A DNA stretch of 64,000 nt, taken from IMG/VR virus record IMGVR_UViG_640753059_000001, one strand, 5' to 3'. The stretch is from a virus. Lineage: Duplodnaviria; Caudoviricetes. A model generated the notes under the pieces. It searched no databases. It worked only from the letters and a program-made list of their open reading frames with translations, and had not been told where the DNA came from. The position numbers and the translations under genes are program-made. Below, in pieces: positions 62,786 through 64,000 of the stretch (the first letter of the stretch is position 1; every line of letters starts with the position of its first letter).

Positions 62786-64000
62786 TTGGACGTTAAACTG
62801 CTGACCGGATCGGCTGTCGAAACTGAGCTCGAAGCCCTGCTCAAACGACACGACGAAGTGCACTGGGCTGTGGCCTGGGGGACCTGGACGCAGTTGGCCA
62901 AGGCCCTGCTCAGCCGACCCAAAAAGATCCGGGCTGTGACGTTCGGGCTGGCGTTCGCGCAAACCGATCCTGACCTGGTGAACGCGCTCGTTGGAAAGGC
63001 GGGCTGCAGGGTCGTCACGAACTTTCCCAAAGGCACCTATCACCCCAAGGTCTACGCGTTCCGGTCCGGAGACGTCGTCGAGGCGGTGGTGGGCAGCGCC
63101 AATTTCACGCACGGGGGGCTAGGTCAGAATCACGAAGCCTCACTTCATCTTAGCGGAACGATCAAGGACAAGGTCCTCGCGGACCTGCTGTCCTTCACCA
63201 AGAAAAGCGCGAAGCTCGGAGAGGCTGTCACCCAAACTCTCGCGGATCGATACCGCGTCAGCTGCAAGATCGCCGCCCGCAAACCCAAGGCGGCCCGCGA
63301 TCCGCTCGACGAGGCGCCGGCGAAGAACATCGCCGGCCTCACATCCCCGATAACGCGGATGAGCTGGGAGCAATACATCCGTGCTCTGGATCGCTCCGTC
63401 CATCACGACATCGACCAGAGCCTTGTCCTGCTGAGGACCGCCCAGGCCTGGCTGTCCGCCGGAGCGACCTTCCATGGGCTGTCGACGCCCCGGCGAAAGG
63501 CCATCGCCGGCTTCATCGGCACGACGGAACGCAGCCTCGACGCGGAGCTGAATCAGGACTGGGGGTGGTTCGGCTCAATGCGGGGAGCCGGCTGCTTCAT
63601 GAACCGCATTTCGGAAAACGACCACTATATCGCCAAGGCGGTCGACATCATTCCTCACAAGGGCGAGATCACGCGCGACCACTATGAGCGGTTCACGAAC
63701 CTCTTCCTGAAAGCGTTCAAGGATTCGGAGCGCGTCGGAAACGTGTCGACCGCATCCCGACTTCTGGCCATGAAGCGACCGGACGTCTTCCTCTGCATCT
63801 CCAAACCGAACCGGACCGAGGCTTCGGAGCAGATGTGTTTCGGCAAGACGACGCTACGCCTTGAGAACTACTGGGATCGAGTGGTGGAGGTGATCCGCGC
63901 ATCGGACTGGTACAATACGCAGAAACCGGACGGGCGTGAGGGCCAGATCTGGGAGTGTCGTGCAGCGATGCTCGATGCTCTGCTCTACCGTCCGGATTGA
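62786..64000 (+). CDS. PLD-superfamily (HKD) nuclease, restriction-endonuclease-like
   Basis: YHPKVY, VVGSANFT.GGL.QNHE; stop at the last base of the window. Confidence 0.85.
   Translation: MDVKLLTGSAVETELEALLKRHDEVHWAVAWGTWTQLAKALLSRPKKIRAVTFGLAFAQTDPDLVNALVGKAGCRVVTNFPKGTYHPKVYAFRSGDVVEAVVGSANFTHGGLGQNHEASLHLSGTIKDKVLADLLSFTKKSAKLGEAVTQTLADRYRVSCKIAARKPKAARDPLDEAPAKNIAGLTSPITRMSWEQYIRALDRSVHHDIDQSLVLLRTAQAWLSAGATFHGLSTPRRKAIAGFIGTTERSLDAELNQDWGWFGSMRGAGCFMNRISENDHYIAKAVDIIPHKGEITRDHYERFTNLFLKAFKDSERVGNVSTASRLLAMKRPDVFLCISKPNRTEASEQMCFGKTTLRLENYWDRVVEVIRASDWYNTQKPDGREGQIWECRAAMLDALLYRPD

Overview
GC-rich, almost entirely prophage DNA. The host is inferred to be an alphaproteobacterium because the phage carries GapR/DUF2312-, GcrA- and DUF6456-like genes. 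Layout: (i) 1-6104, the end of a late operon (tail spike, GH19 lysis cassette, phosphoesterase/nucleotide-enzyme genes). (ii) 6119-19885, a leftward early arm of small mosaic genes plus YqaJ/ERF recombination genes, an HNH gene and a DUF6745-like gene with 45 near-identical 12-bp repeats. (iii) A cI/cro switch with five 16-bp operators. (iv) 21003-31242, regulators, two DNA methyltransferases and replication genes. (v) 31243-32186, a ~0.9-kb non-coding, hairpin-dense segment that looks like a large structured RNA or RNA array. (vi) 32187-57931, a complete HK97-type siphovirus packaging/head/tail module with a second, unrelated lysis cassette. Its head module is 'armed': the MuF protein carries an ADP-ribosyltransferase domain and the prohead protease carries an N-terminal Acb1-like 2H phosphoesterase. 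(vii) 58089-64000, an accessory, decayed right flank with a lower-GC caspase + muramidase pair (both with twin-arginine-like leaders), IS5/SRAP/dNMP-kinase remnants and a PLD nuclease. No integrase, tRNA, CRISPR array or reverse transcriptase was recognised. All calls come from reading motifs by eye; no database search or folding program was run.
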